This document shows positions 32,929 through 43,261 of a stretch of DNA of 64,000 nt, in pieces. Numbering within the stretch: the first letter of the stretch is position 1; each line of letters opens with the position of its first letter. The stretch is from the NCBI GenBank assembly GCA_050331735.1, contig JBHJGN010000023.1, positions 64,001-128,000 of the forward strand. Reading direction: 5' to 3'. The notes beneath the pieces were generated by a model. That model saw only the letters and a list, made by a program, of their open reading frames with translations, did not search any database and was not told the DNA's origin. Made by a program: the position numbers and the translations under genes. This stretch comes from Cyanophyceae cyanobacterium. GTDB taxonomy: Bacteria; Cyanobacteriota; Cyanobacteriia; Cyanobacteriales; JBHJGN01.

Positions 32929-34059
32929 TTACTGATCAGCCTGCGTGGCGAGTGCCTGAATAATGCTCGTCACCTGTGCGCCAATGGTTGACCAGGCCAT
33001 CGTACGATGAACTTGCTGAAGGGCTTGGCGAGAACAGGCTTCGTAGAGCTGAGGATTCAAGATGAATTGTCGAATCGCTTCGGCGATCGCCTCAGCCGAG
33101 ACTGCTTGAGTCAGTAATCCGGTTTGCTGATGGATCACCTGTTCTTTGAGTCCGCCCACGGGAGTGGCCACGACTGGTACACCTGCCCCCATTGCAATCG
33201 TGACGACACCAGACTGGCTAGCTTCTCGGTAGGGGGCGACGAGGAGATCGGCTTGAGCGAAGATTTCGGCGATGTCGGCTTCTGGGATGTGGCGATTGTC
33301 TACCTGAATATGGGGGTCTGTGAGTGCTGCTGCATAGGCGGAGAGACTGCCTGCACCGGCAATCGTTAGTCTGAGCTGGGGAAACTCATCCTTGAGCCGT
33401 TGAAAGGCAGCGAGCAACAGAGATAAGCCTTTGTAGGGCAAGATCCGTCCAAAAAAAAGTAAGTTGATTTCGCGGTTCGGCAATGTTCTCCTGCTGCTCG
33501 ACGAGCCGTAGTTAAACACTCCGTGAGGAATGACGCTGCTTTTTGATGCTGGATAGCGATAAACCTGTTGGAGTTGAGTTTGGACGTGTTTGGTTAACGT
33601 AATGATGTGGTCGGCAGCTCGAATATCTTGACTAAAGAGCCACTGGCGAAAGCGTCCAATGCCGCCGTTATCTCCGGGGTGAGGGGTAGCATCGTGGAGA
33701 GTAAACAGATACTGGGTATGAGCTTTAATGACAGGCAGCATAGCGGCATTCCAGAGGTGGTCCATTGGGCAGTAAACCACCTGGATGTGGTGCTCGACTA
33801 GATAGTGGCGCAACTGGTTCCTGACGGCTGGGAGTTTGATCAGAGCCAGGAGGGCCGTGAGGCGATCGCTGTAGGTGTCAAGAGTAAAGCCGGGCAAGTT
33901 TAGGGCTGCAAACTGAGCATAAAATTCTGATTGTCGAGACAGCGAGAGATGAAGCTCTATGTTAGGCTGCTCTGCCAGGACTTTGGCCATCTGGAGAGCA
34001 TAATTTGGTCCGCCGCCGCGTCTTCCCCAGTACCACAGTAAAACTTTGATCTTCCTCAT
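32929..34059 (-). CDS. Glycosyltransferase family 4
   Basis: FFGRILPYKGL, PYREASQSGV..GVPVVATPVGGL. Confidence 0.92.
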   Translation of the reverse strand: MRKIKVLLWYWGRRGGGPNYALQMAKVLAEQPNIELHLSLSRQSEFYAQFAALNLPGFTLDTYSDRLTALLALIKLPAVRNQLRHYLVEHHIQVVYCPMDHLWNAAMLPVIKAHTQYLFTLHDATPHPGDNGGIGRFRQWLFSQDIRAADHIITLTKHVQTQLQQVYRYPASKSSVIPHGVFNYGSSSSRRTLPNREINLLFFGRILPYKGLSLLLAAFQRLKDEFPQLRLTIAGAGSLSAYAAALTDPHIQVDNRHIPEADIAEIFAQADLLVAPYREASQSGVVTIAMGAGVPVVATPVGGLKEQVIHQQTGLLTQAVSAEAIAEAIRQFILNPQLYEACSRQALQQVHRTMAWSTIGAQVTSIIQALATQADQ

Positions 34060-34061
34060 TG

Positions 34062-35174
34062 CTAGTCTACACTGGCTTGGTACAGAGCCTGATACTGCTT
34101 CTTCACCGCAGCGGCGCGATACCGTTGCGCTCTGGCTCTGGCTTGCTCTCTGAGGTGAGCTGCTTGTGCAATAATCAGTTGAAATCCCTCATGGAACCGC
34201 GCTCGCGGCATCTGTATTCCTCCGGGACCGACCACCTCCTGCATCAGTTCCGTATCGAGGGTCAGTACGGGTAATCCGGCGGCTAAACATTCTGCTGCCC
34301 CAATGCCGAACCCTTCATTTTCAGAGGGAAATAGGCCAAAATCGGCGGCGGCTAAAATTGACGGTAGCTTAGCATGGGGAACGGCTCCTAAAAAACAAAC
34401 CTGTTGTTCTAGTTGATGAGACTTCACAAACTTGCTCACGTTGTCCTTTTCGGGACCGTCTCCGGCGAAGACGACAAAGATATTGTTTCTTTCTTGGGCA
34501 GATAATTTAGTCAGCGATTCTACCACCAGCATTTGGTTTTTGAACTTAATGAATCTGGCAATTTGAATAAATACCTGTTTATCTTGGGGAAAGCGAGCTA
34601 CAAATGTCGGCTCTGGTGAAGCTGGAGTATAAAAGCGATCGCTGACACAGTTGTACACGGTCCGAAATCGCGTGGTGATTTCGGGAAATGCCTGATTCAT
34701 CGACTCGCTGACCAGATTTGATGGCCCGGTACAGGCATCAAAGACGGAATACACCGGAGTAAGCACCGCTTTTTCTGACCAAGATGCCGGGGCGCGATAG
34801 AAGTGATGGGTGTAGATCCCGCTCACGGCAACAATTTTCCGGAGGAGATAAAACAGCAAACAGCCCGGATACCCCTGAACGTGAACCACATCAATCTGTT
34901 CTTGCTGAATAATCCGCAGGAGCTTGAAGGTGGTCAGCAGATTGGCTCCTGTCTCTACAGCCGCTTGCCACTTTGGGATTCCATAGCCAATACTTTTATG
35001 GCGCAGATGATAATAAGGAATTTGTTCCTTCGCTAACGCCGCTTCAAACGGGGCGGCACTGTAGATTAACGCCACTGATTCTTGCAGTTCCGGGCGTTTC
35101 TGGCCAAGCAGCGTAACGAGCAGTGATTCGCCGCCGCCAAAGGCAATGGGGGCAATCAGGTGCAGGACTTTCAT
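34062..35174 (-). CDS. Glycosyltransferase family 4
   Basis: MKVLHLI..GGGE, FPSENEGFGIGAAECLAAGLP; ATG 35174 overlaps the upstream stop (ATGA). Confidence 0.9.
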   Translation of the reverse strand: MKVLHLIAPIAFGGGESLLVTLLGQKRPELQESVALIYSAAPFEAALAKEQIPYYHLRHKSIGYGIPKWQAAVETGANLLTTFKLLRIIQQEQIDVVHVQGYPGCLLFYLLRKIVAVSGIYTHHFYRAPASWSEKAVLTPVYSVFDACTGPSNLVSESMNQAFPEITTRFRTVYNCVSDRFYTPASPEPTFVARFPQDKQVFIQIARFIKFKNQMLVVESLTKLSAQERNNIFVVFAGDGPEKDNVSKFVKSHQLEQQVCFLGAVPHAKLPSILAAADFGLFPSENEGFGIGAAECLAAGLPVLTLDTELMQEVVGPGGIQMPRARFHEGFQLIIAQAAHLREQARARAQRYRAAAVKKQYQALYQASVD

Positions 35175-35995
35175 CGGTCTAGCTTCTGCTTGAGTTTCCA
35201 TCTGACGAGTTTGCTATAGTACACCATCCAAGCGAGCAGCAGCGGAAATTTATAGCGAATGGTCACGTCTCTAAATTCTTGAAACGCTAGCTCAATATTG
35301 ACAGAACCAAATCCTTCGTGACTCATAACCACAAAAGGAGTATCGGTAAATTTTGCGGGATACTTGTTAAGTAAGCGGAGGGTAAAGTCGTGATCGGAGG
35401 CGATTTTTAAAGCAGTATCGTACAGCCCCACTTGCTCGTATTGCTGTTTAGCCACTACCAGAGCCGGATGAGGTAAACGGGGCAGGATGTACAGTTGCCA
35501 CCCCTGATAAGGAAACTTTTGTTGTTTTTGCCGGTCGTTCGGCAGGGTTCGCACCAGAGTAAAATAGTTCGTCTTACTCTCGTCGAGTGTTCGGACGGCT
35601 TGTTCGAGCACTGAATGATCGTAATAGCGGTCGTCGGCGTTGAGGAGATGAATCCACTGTCCAGAGGCAAGGGCGATGCCTTTATTCATCGCGTCATAAA
35701 TCCCTTGGTCTGGCTCGCTGATCCAGTAGGCGATGCGCTCTTCGTAGCTTTTGATAATGTCTAACGTTCGATCTGTGGAACAGCCGTCAACAATGATGTA
35801 TTCGATCGGGCGATACGTTTGGTTAAGGACGCTGTGAATGGTTTGCCGCAGCGTTTTCTCTCCATTACGAACAACGGTAATGACGCTGACAAACGGCTGT
35901 ATGTTGTTAGGATGCACTCCCTGAACGCGAAGTCCTCCTTCGATACGTTGAGGGGCAGCAGGTTTGGTCAGATAATTTTCTAGAGTGGGAATCAA
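35171..35995 (-). CDS. Glycosyltransferase family 2 (WcaE-like)
   Basis: VSVITVVRN, IVDGCSTD, SEPDQGIYDAMNKG, LNADD. Confidence 0.92.
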   Translation of the reverse strand: MIPTLENYLTKPAAPQRIEGGLRVQGVHPNNIQPFVSVITVVRNGEKTLRQTIHSVLNQTYRPIEYIIVDGCSTDRTLDIIKSYEERIAYWISEPDQGIYDAMNKGIALASGQWIHLLNADDRYYDHSVLEQAVRTLDESKTNYFTLVRTLPNDRQKQQKFPYQGWQLYILPRLPHPALVVAKQQYEQVGLYDTALKIASDHDFTLRLLNKYPAKFTDTPFVVMSHEGFGSVNIELAFQEFRDVTIRYKFPLLLAWMVYYSKLVRWKLKQKLDR

Positions 35996-36067
35996 TGCTT
36001 GTTGTTGATAGTTGATAGATAATGGCTACTTTGGCTTTACAAGCAACCTAGCGCTCTGTAAAAACGG

Positions 36068-37345
36068 CTATGATTCAAGCGATTTAGAACTACTGGCTGG
36101 TCTTTGAGCTTGTGCGGTTAACTCCCCAAAGAGAGTCAAGTACCGCTGAGCCTGTCGCTCTTGACTAAACTCCTGCTGTGCTTTCTCCCGAGCGCGATCG
36201 CTTAACTGTTGATAGCATTCATTGTTGAGTACCCAGGCGATACCCTGAGCTAAATCATCTGTATCATAGGGGTGGGCCAGATAACCATTCTGCTGATGCT
36301 CTATCATATCAGGCAGGCCGCCCACTTTGAAGGCCACACAGGGAGTGCCGCAGGCAAGGGCTTCGACGATAGTGTTCGGTAAATTATCCTGACGAGAAGG
36401 AGCGACAAACACATCGGCGGCGGCGTAGAGCAACGCAAGAGCAATATCGTCGCTCAGTTTACCGAAGTAATGAGCTTTAAAGCCAAAATCCGGTGGCTGC
36501 TCGGGTTGAGAGGCTCCGTAGATCACCAACTCGATGCCCGCTTCCGTCTGACTGAGCTTTTGCAGGGCGGGCAGCAGTAAGTCAATACCCTTGCGGTGAT
36601 CGCTGGTGGCGTAGGCAGCACCAAACAGAATCATCGGGCGCTCGGTTGGCAACCCCAACCAGCTTTTAGCCAGGCGTTTGTCGAGGAGTTTGTACCGAGT
36701 CAGGTCTAAACCGTTGGGAATCACTTCGATCCGCCTGTTCCGAAACAGGGAACTGGCCCTCGCGCATTGAGCCAACCAGACGCTCGGAGTGACAATGGTT
36801 AAATTGATTGCCCTCCAGGCTTTTGCTTTGCGTTGCCAAACCCACCGGGATAAGTCCCAGTCTCTGTGGCTGTGGAGCTGCGGACAGGAACCGCAGGAAC
36901 TGGTGTAGCGATCGCACCCCAAACTATAGTGACAGCCGCCGGTGAACGCCCACATATCGTGCAGAGTCCACACTAGCGGCTGGTCAAACTTGGCCAGGGT
37001 TTCGATCGGAAGGTAGCTACCACAGACCCAATGAAGATTAATAATCTCTGGAGCGAGGGCAGTAACCTGGGCGGCAATTTGACTGGGGAACCACTGTGCG
37101 GAAAAGGTGGCGGCTTCTCGCTGAGGGTAGAACGTGAGCGGCAGGGCATCGACAACTGACTGTAGCTGAGTTAGAGCTTTGGCGAGCTTCGTTTGCGGAG
37201 CCACAACGGTGCCATCATCGCTGGCTTTTGCCTGAACCAACATTTGGGAATCGGCATCAGCCGCCCGTAGCCCTTGGTGCAGACGATATGCCGCTCTGGC
37301 GGCTCCCCCTTGGAGATCGCTGGTGCTCAGCAGTAGAATTTTCAT
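36068..37345 (-). CDS. Glycosyltransferase family 4 (WcaC-like)
   Basis: GGAARAAYRLH, TLHDMWAFTGGCHY..C..CGSCP, DNLPNTIVEALACGTP. Confidence 0.92.
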   Translation of the reverse strand: MKILLLSTSDLQGGAARAAYRLHQGLRAADADSQMLVQAKASDDGTVVAPQTKLAKALTQLQSVVDALPLTFYPQREAATFSAQWFPSQIAAQVTALAPEIINLHWVCGSYLPIETLAKFDQPLVWTLHDMWAFTGGCHYSLGCDRYTSSCGSCPQLHSHRDWDLSRWVWQRKAKAWRAINLTIVTPSVWLAQCARASSLFRNRRIEVIPNGLDLTRYKLLDKRLAKSWLGLPTERPMILFGAAYATSDHRKGIDLLLPALQKLSQTEAGIELVIYGASQPEQPPDFGFKAHYFGKLSDDIALALLYAAADVFVAPSRQDNLPNTIVEALACGTPCVAFKVGGLPDMIEHQQNGYLAHPYDTDDLAQGIAWVLNNECYQQLSDRAREKAQQEFSQERQAQRYLTLFGELTAQAQRPASSSKSLES

Positions 37346-37384
37346 TGGTTGATTGTTGATTGTTGATTGCTCATTGTTCCCTGG

Positions 37385-38302
37385 CTAGCCTGAACGCTTC
37401 TTCAACAATCGCTTGACTCTTCTCCAAAAGCGCTGAATAAGAGTTTTTTGTTTAAATAGTTTGAGATAGAGCCTGTAATCGTATTCTCGATCGACAGCTA
37501 CTCCAGCGGGTTCTTTGAGCGGAAAGGTCATGGGGAGCACGGGCAAATTGGCGAGACTGTCGTCTTCGTCTTTGGTATGCGTAGCTTCTGCTCCAAAACC
37601 AATATTGGAAACCAGATTGACAGCAGGAATCACTGCCAACCCCGACTGGAACAAACACGCAAACAGCCACTGCAAATCCCAGCTATCTACCTTGCCAGCA
37701 TACATAGTATCAAACCGTTGTTTGCGGAGTTGATACTGCTGAGGATCGCAAATAACATCCCTCACGCAGCCCTGAATGTCTGGGTTGGCCCACAGCTTCA
37801 TGTCTACGTCGTAATAATCCCAAGCTCTTTTCCAAGTAGCCCAGCCCCAGATACAGCCATAATAGGAAAAATGATAGCTTTGGCGATCGCTCTTCCAGTC
37901 GCCTTGAAAGTTAGTGCCGTAAATAGCCATCATCCGGCGGTCGTGACGGTACTTTGCTAATAGTTCTTCACAAAATTGAAAAAATGTGGGATGGGGTAAG
38001 CAGTCATCTTCTAAGATAATGGCTTCCTCGACCAGGCTAAATACCCAATCTAAGCCACTAGAAACGCGCTTCTTACAGCCTAGATTGATGCTGGAGTAGT
38101 TAGCTAATACCTGGCAATCCCAATCCACGCCGTTAATAATTTGCTGTGCCGCCTGACATTTTTTGGCTTCCTCCGGACGTTCCTGGCGAGGTCCATCGGC
38201 AACGACTAAAAGTTGCGGCGGTTTTGCCTGACGAATCGCTTTAAATACCCTTTTTGTTGTATCGGGGCGGTTAAAAATTAACAAGGCGACTGGGGTTTTC
38301 AT
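37385..38302 (-). CDS. GT-A fold glycosyltransferase (HlpA-like family)
   Basis: PVALLIFNRPD, VADGPR, IILEDDCLP, IWGWATWKRAW, NLVSNIGFG. Confidence 0.85.
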   Translation of the reverse strand: MKTPVALLIFNRPDTTKRVFKAIRQAKPPQLLVVADGPRQERPEEAKKCQAAQQIINGVDWDCQVLANYSSINLGCKKRVSSGLDWVFSLVEEAIILEDDCLPHPTFFQFCEELLAKYRHDRRMMAIYGTNFQGDWKSDRQSYHFSYYGCIWGWATWKRAWDYYDVDMKLWANPDIQGCVRDVICDPQQYQLRKQRFDTMYAGKVDSWDLQWLFACLFQSGLAVIPAVNLVSNIGFGAEATHTKDEDDSLANLPVLPMTFPLKEPAGVAVDREYDYRLYLKLFKQKTLIQRFWRRVKRLLKKRSG

Positions 38303-38308
38303 CTAGAA

Positions 38309-39172
38309 CTACAGTAGGTGAGATCGGGAGTCGGGAGTCGGGGAGAAACTGACTGCTTGCTTAACAATTGTCAATGCCGACCATTTCCAAACTCTTACCA
38401 AATTTAGAGGAATCCAAGCTTTTGGACAGCTTAAGATCACAAAGATTGTCCAGTGCAGAGGATTGTTCATTGATTTATTGGAAAAATATTGCCTAATAAA
38501 TTTGCCAAAGCCACCATTTTCTGACTGAAAAAATCCGGTTGTTGCTTCGTTTACCCACAGCTTGAGTTCGGAGGATGTCGTTAGAGTTAATCCTCGTCGA
38601 TGAGCACGAATGGTAAATTCGTAGTCTGATAGATAATGGGGAAGCAGCCTCGGGTAAAAATTGCCAATTTCCATCAGATCGACAGACCGAACAAATAGTC
38701 CTCTGGTGGGCAAACAGTTAATCTCTTCAGAAGCAGGCGAGAGATCGAAGGTTAAACGTTTTAAGTCTGCATGAACTCCAGTGGTAAGCAGACGACCAGA
38801 TTGCTTGCTGAACGCTTGGGCGAGCAAAAGTGTACGGGGCTGATGCTTTAAAATTTCAGCGGCCTTAGCTAAAAAGTCTGGGCCGAACGTCACATCGTCG
38901 TTGATCGTTAAGACCAGATCGGACGGGGGAACAGCACGATTTTTGAGCCAGTTAATCCCCTGCTGCAAACTGCCAGCCCACCACCAATCACCTTGGCCTT
39001 TAATCACCGTCAGCGATCGCACCCGATTTCTCACCATTTCCTCAGTGCCGTCCGTCGAACCGTCATCGACTAGGATCAGGTGGTAGTTGGTCTCGGTTTG
39101 CGCTAGCAAACAATCGACAAAGCCTTGAGTAAGCTCGCGGCGGTTATGAACAGGCAGAATGATATAGATCAT
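38309..39172 (-). CDS. Glycosyltransferase family 2
   Basis: ILPVHNR, VDDGSTDGT, WWAG, INDD, LPHYLSDYEF. Confidence 0.9.
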   Translation of the reverse strand: MIYIILPVHNRRELTQGFVDCLLAQTETNYHLILVDDGSTDGTEEMVRNRVRSLTVIKGQGDWWWAGSLQQGINWLKNRAVPPSDLVLTINDDVTFGPDFLAKAAEILKHQPRTLLLAQAFSKQSGRLLTTGVHADLKRLTFDLSPASEEINCLPTRGLFVRSVDLMEIGNFYPRLLPHYLSDYEFTIRAHRRGLTLTTSSELKLWVNEATTGFFQSENGGFGKFIRQYFSNKSMNNPLHWTIFVILSCPKAWIPLNLVRVWKWSALTIVKQAVSFSPTPDSRSHLL

Positions 39173-40413
39173 GAGCTCGTCGGATCAGCGCTCGTCTGGA
39201 ATTGCTTCAACGTTTGATTATATAGCTCTCGGTAGCGTTGAGCCTGAAGCTCTAGGGAATATTCCGCCAGTGCGATCGCCCGACAATTTTGGCTCATCTG
39301 TTGCAGCGCCTCATCTGCCAGCAGTTGGACAATGCCCCTCGCCAAATCTTGGTCATCTTCCGGCTGCGCCAGGTAGCCAGTGATGCCGGGACGCACCAGT
39401 TCAGGAACGCCGCCAAGTTTAAAAGAAACCATTGGCGTTCCACACGCCATGCTTTCTTGCAGCACTAGGGGCAGATTATCTGCCCGAGTGGGAAAAATAA
39501 ACAGATCGGCAGCACTGTAGGCAATGGCTTTCAGGCGATCGCCACTAACGTAGCCGAGGTTGATAGTCGGTAGGCCAACGGCTCCCGCAATGGCTTCTCC
39601 GCCGTCGCCTAACGTCAGCAGTACCGCTTCCTGTTTCACGGAGTCAGGGAGACGAGAGAGAGTTTTCAGCAGCAGATCGCCCCCTTTACGACTATCTTTG
39701 AGACTATGAGCGCTAAACATCAGCACCTTTCGCTCTGCCGTAATACCGAGCAATGTACGACACTGGTGTTTGTTGAGGGGAGCAAAGATTTGCGTATCGA
39801 TGCCGTTGGGAACGTGGTGAATGGGAAAGCGCTGGAGGATACTTTGTCGGGCTTGAGCCGCTAGCCAAGCACTGGGAGTAATCACCGTCAGGCGGGAACG
39901 GCGATATACCCAGTCTTTAAGCTGCCATTCTCGGTGGGTACGATCGACTTTAATCTCGGGGTAGGTTTTGGGGTAAGGGCAGCGTCCGCATCCGGTTTGC
40001 CAGCGCGAACAGTCGTAACTGTAGGCACAGTGTCCGGTAAAACTCCACATATCGTGGAGAGTAATCACGGCTGGCTTTTGGGTGAGGGCGGGAATCGCTA
40101 AATAATTGAAGTAGCCACCGTGGAGATTGTGGAAGTTGAGAATGTTCGCGTCTTGGTAAAAAGCGTGGTGCGGAATGTTAAACGAGCTGACAATATTGGT
40201 ATAGTTCAAACCAAGATGCCAAGATAGGCGCAGCAGGACGCTTTCTAAGCGCGGCTGACGCGGGATTGCTGCCACGCGATCGCTTAGCGTTTTCGCCATA
40301 CCGACCAATAGCCGAGAGTTAACGCCCTGAGCGAGTAGCTGCTGGTGCAGTCGATACCCGGCGATCGCTGCGCCTCCGGCGGTGTCGGCTTGATTGATGT
40401 GCAAAACTTTCAT
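39169..40413 (-). CDS. Glycosyltransferase family 4 (WcaC-like, paralog of 36068-37345)
   Basis: GGAAIAGYRLH, TLHDMWSFTGHCAY..CGRCP, DNLPLVLQESMACGTP. Confidence 0.92.
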   Translation of the reverse strand: MKVLHINQADTAGGAAIAGYRLHQQLLAQGVNSRLLVGMAKTLSDRVAAIPRQPRLESVLLRLSWHLGLNYTNIVSSFNIPHHAFYQDANILNFHNLHGGYFNYLAIPALTQKPAVITLHDMWSFTGHCAYSYDCSRWQTGCGRCPYPKTYPEIKVDRTHREWQLKDWVYRRSRLTVITPSAWLAAQARQSILQRFPIHHVPNGIDTQIFAPLNKHQCRTLLGITAERKVLMFSAHSLKDSRKGGDLLLKTLSRLPDSVKQEAVLLTLGDGGEAIAGAVGLPTINLGYVSGDRLKAIAYSAADLFIFPTRADNLPLVLQESMACGTPMVSFKLGGVPELVRPGITGYLAQPEDDQDLARGIVQLLADEALQQMSQNCRAIALAEYSLELQAQRYRELYNQTLKQFQTSADPTSS

Positions 40414-40564
40414 GGCTGGTGCGGTAAGGGCGATCGCCTCGATGCTAACTGGTTGACAAACCCTTGATGAGCCTCAGTTGTCGTTCCGCGTTGAACTTCC
40501 GTTTTCGAGTCGGGGAACGGAGGAGGCTACTGTCGTCATGGCGCTCATCTACGGGTTTTACCTG

Positions 40565-41407
40565 CTATTCTATCGAAGGCTTAATCGCTTCCATAAACAG
40601 GGAGTCGGGCTTGTAAACACTTCCGTCGGGTTCGGTATCGAGTCCCCAACTCGTCCAGTTGGGAATGACGCTTTCCGTTGCCGAACGCTGCATAATGTCG
40701 GTCAAGCCAGTTTGTTTTAAGAGCATCCCGAGCGAGTGGCGATCGTACATCCACTGGTGAACTTCTCCACTCTGGCGAAACCGCCCAATTTGGAGGGCGC
40801 TGTATTCTTTGCCGAGTAACAGTTTGAAGATGAGTTCCCGGAGATAGCTTGGATAGCGGCGCAGGCGGAGGCTGGACTTGAGCAGGCGTTTGATGCTTGC
40901 TGCTGAAGACTGCTGAGGGCGATCGCGTCCTAGAGCAATTAAGTTTTTCGCTTCTGTGCCACACCGCTGGAGAATAAAGGCTTCATTAGGAATATTTTCT
41001 TGAAACAGGTAAGCCGCCATTTCTCCCCCAGAGTAGTTTCTGGCCACCTGATCGTACATTTCAATTAAGATCCAATCGTAGTTTGCCTGCCATACCGCAT
41101 CAGTACTAGCTTTCTCTAAAGCCATTAAATACGAGCGGACAATTTGCTCTAAATCGGGAACGACGACTCTTAAGACTCCTTGCGGGCGCAGCACCCGGCA
41201 GCATTCACTCAAAAAGGCTTGGGCCTGCGCTTTGGAAAAGTGTTCGAGGACGTGGGAATGGTAAACCACGTCAAAAGCCGCATCGGGAAACGGAATGCCT
41301 TGGATGAGATTGTGGGCGATGACGCGATCGCTCGTTGAGGTAAAGTCAACGTTGGTCCAATCGGGATGAAAGCGACGACCGCAGCCAAGATTAAGGTAGC
41401 TGACCAT
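40565..41407 (-). CDS. Class I SAM-dependent methyltransferase
   Basis: LNLGCG, YHSHVLEHF, RVLRPQGVLRVVVPD. Confidence 0.88.
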   Translation of the reverse strand: MVSYLNLGCGRRFHPDWTNVDFTSTSDRVIAHNLIQGIPFPDAAFDVVYHSHVLEHFSKAQAQAFLSECCRVLRPQGVLRVVVPDLEQIVRSYLMALEKASTDAVWQANYDWILIEMYDQVARNYSGGEMAAYLFQENIPNEAFILQRCGTEAKNLIALGRDRPQQSSAASIKRLLKSSLRLRRYPSYLRELIFKLLLGKEYSALQIGRFRQSGEVHQWMYDRHSLGMLLKQTGLTDIMQRSATESVIPNWTSWGLDTEPDGSVYKPDSLFMEAIKPSIE

Positions 41408-42204
41408 TATTCACGAAACGCAAAAATGTTTAACTGCATGTCCATTCCTAAATGAACGTTGCGATGATAGAAAGGTTGAGGAGAGGTCGCCGGTGGATGA
41501 ATGTGAAGTCTGTAGCCTGCGCTCGACAAAATATTAATAATCATGTGTAAGGTCTGGGGTTCATTAACAAATGAATGATATTCGATAAAGAAATTTTCAA
41601 CGTTGACTAACAAATCCTGGCAGTCTTGAATAACTTCTGTTTCCGCTCCCTCAATGTCTAGCTTGAGTAAGTCAACAGGTTGATACAAATAGTCGCGTAA
41701 ACGAACGGTTTTAACCTGATACTTTTCATGTTTTGATTCAATTTGAGTCACTCTTCCTCCATCTGCACCCTCCGCCATAAATTCGAGAGTCGTTTCTGAG
41801 CTCCAAACAGCCTTATCGATTAGCTCTACATTTGATAACTGAAATTCATCTACATTCTTTTGTAAAACCTGAAAAACTTTAACATCTGGCTCAAAGGCAA
41901 TCACCCGACTTTCAGGAAAAAGTTGCTTAAAATATAGAACGCTTAATCCAATGTTGGCTCCGCAGTCTATAATGAGTGGCTCTTCCTTTGTTTTTCTAAA
42001 TTTATAGATCTGCTGCTCGAATATCTCTTTATGCATGAACAGAAATGAGGCAGAATCTACAAACCCAAAGCTTTTACCCAAAAGATTAACAGAAGCCGGA
42101 GTATAGCGCGGGATGTTTTTCAGCTTGCTTTTAACAAATTGATGCTGCCTATATCCTGGTCTGAGAATGAGTTTTCCTAATTTTCTGACGTAAGTTGGTG
42201 TCAT
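41407..42204 (-). CDS. FkbM-family methyltransferase
   Basis: IIDCGANIG, AFEPD, LLKLDIEGAE. Confidence 0.92.
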   Translation of the reverse strand: MTPTYVRKLGKLILRPGYRQHQFVKSKLKNIPRYTPASVNLLGKSFGFVDSASFLFMHKEIFEQQIYKFRKTKEEPLIIDCGANIGLSVLYFKQLFPESRVIAFEPDVKVFQVLQKNVDEFQLSNVELIDKAVWSSETTLEFMAEGADGGRVTQIESKHEKYQVKTVRLRDYLYQPVDLLKLDIEGAETEVIQDCQDLLVNVENFFIEYHSFVNEPQTLHMIINILSSAGYRLHIHPPATSPQPFYHRNVHLGMDMQLNIFAFRE

Positions 42205-42276
42205 TTAAACTACAAATATCAATATTTTTTCAGCGCTTTTCAAAACAAAACTACTCCATTGCAAATGGTTTCGACA

Positions 42277-43185
42277 TTATTTTAGCCATGCTGACAAATC
42301 TTTTTGGAGTAAGTCTTGAAGTTTCAAAATATCTTCTTTATAAACCTGAATCAAATGTTTTCTAACGTCTGAAGTTAATTCTGGCTTAGTCAAGCTACGA
42401 TTTTTTATATCAGTTGTGAAGCTTTCGTATAATTTGCTAGGCAGCAGGAGTCGGAGTGCAAGAGTAAATAGGTTTCGCTGATTTAAAGCTTTATACAAAA
42501 CTTTATTTCTAGGAATGCCAGTCACATTGTATTTAGCAGACATATCTGGCATAAAACTTTCGTTTACTTGGAGAAACCGAAACAGATCTTGTAGTAGCGG
42601 CGTCGGCTGTTTTTGAAAGTCTTCGTACAGGTAAATTTTAATTTGACTGCGCTCAAATTTTTGAAAATACCGTGTTAGTTGCTCGTAGTAAAATCCTGGA
42701 TGCACGTAGAAAAATCCCCACCACCAGTTGCTCTCTCTACGTTTTGGTTCCTCCTGAATAGCTTGCTCAAAGTCAGCAATAGGTTCCAAATTATCTCTAA
42801 TCGTGTGTAAAAAGCCTGAGTAGGCTCTGTCAACCGGATTGCGGAGAATAGCGATGAGTTTTACGTCAGGAATATAGTGGTGGATGCGCTCAGGTGCTTG
42901 TGTTTCATAAAGATACATGGGAGAAATTTCCCCAATAGCCTTTTCATCGGATACACCTTCAAATAATTTCTGATAGGTGTGCAAGTCAGTTTGGCACTGC
43001 GATAAGTAATTATCTATTGTTTTACTAGCAGGATATTTGTAGTTGAGGTTTTCACCCTCCATCGCAAAAAAATTGGTTTCTTTGACAGGACTTAAATAAA
43101 TTTGAGGATGTTGCTGAAGGTAGGTATAAAGAGAGGTTGTTCCTGCTTTTGCTGCACCAATAACCAAAAAATTAGGCATTATCAT
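42277..43185 (-). CDS. PAPS-dependent sulfotransferase
   Basis: PNFLVIGAAKAGTTSLY (5'-PSB), KETNFF, ILRNPVDRAYS (3'-PB). Confidence 0.93.
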   Translation of the reverse strand: MIMPNFLVIGAAKAGTTSLYTYLQQHPQIYLSPVKETNFFAMEGENLNYKYPASKTIDNYLSQCQTDLHTYQKLFEGVSDEKAIGEISPMYLYETQAPERIHHYIPDVKLIAILRNPVDRAYSGFLHTIRDNLEPIADFEQAIQEEPKRRESNWWWGFFYVHPGFYYEQLTRYFQKFERSQIKIYLYEDFQKQPTPLLQDLFRFLQVNESFMPDMSAKYNVTGIPRNKVLYKALNQRNLFTLALRLLLPSKLYESFTTDIKNRSLTKPELTSDVRKHLIQVYKEDILKLQDLLQKDLSAWLK

Positions 43186-43261
43186 CGTACTTTTCCCGTA
43201 GCTATGTGTCTGGAAGACGAAAGAGTATTTGTCTACAGCGTTTTCTACTCTGGATCAACGA

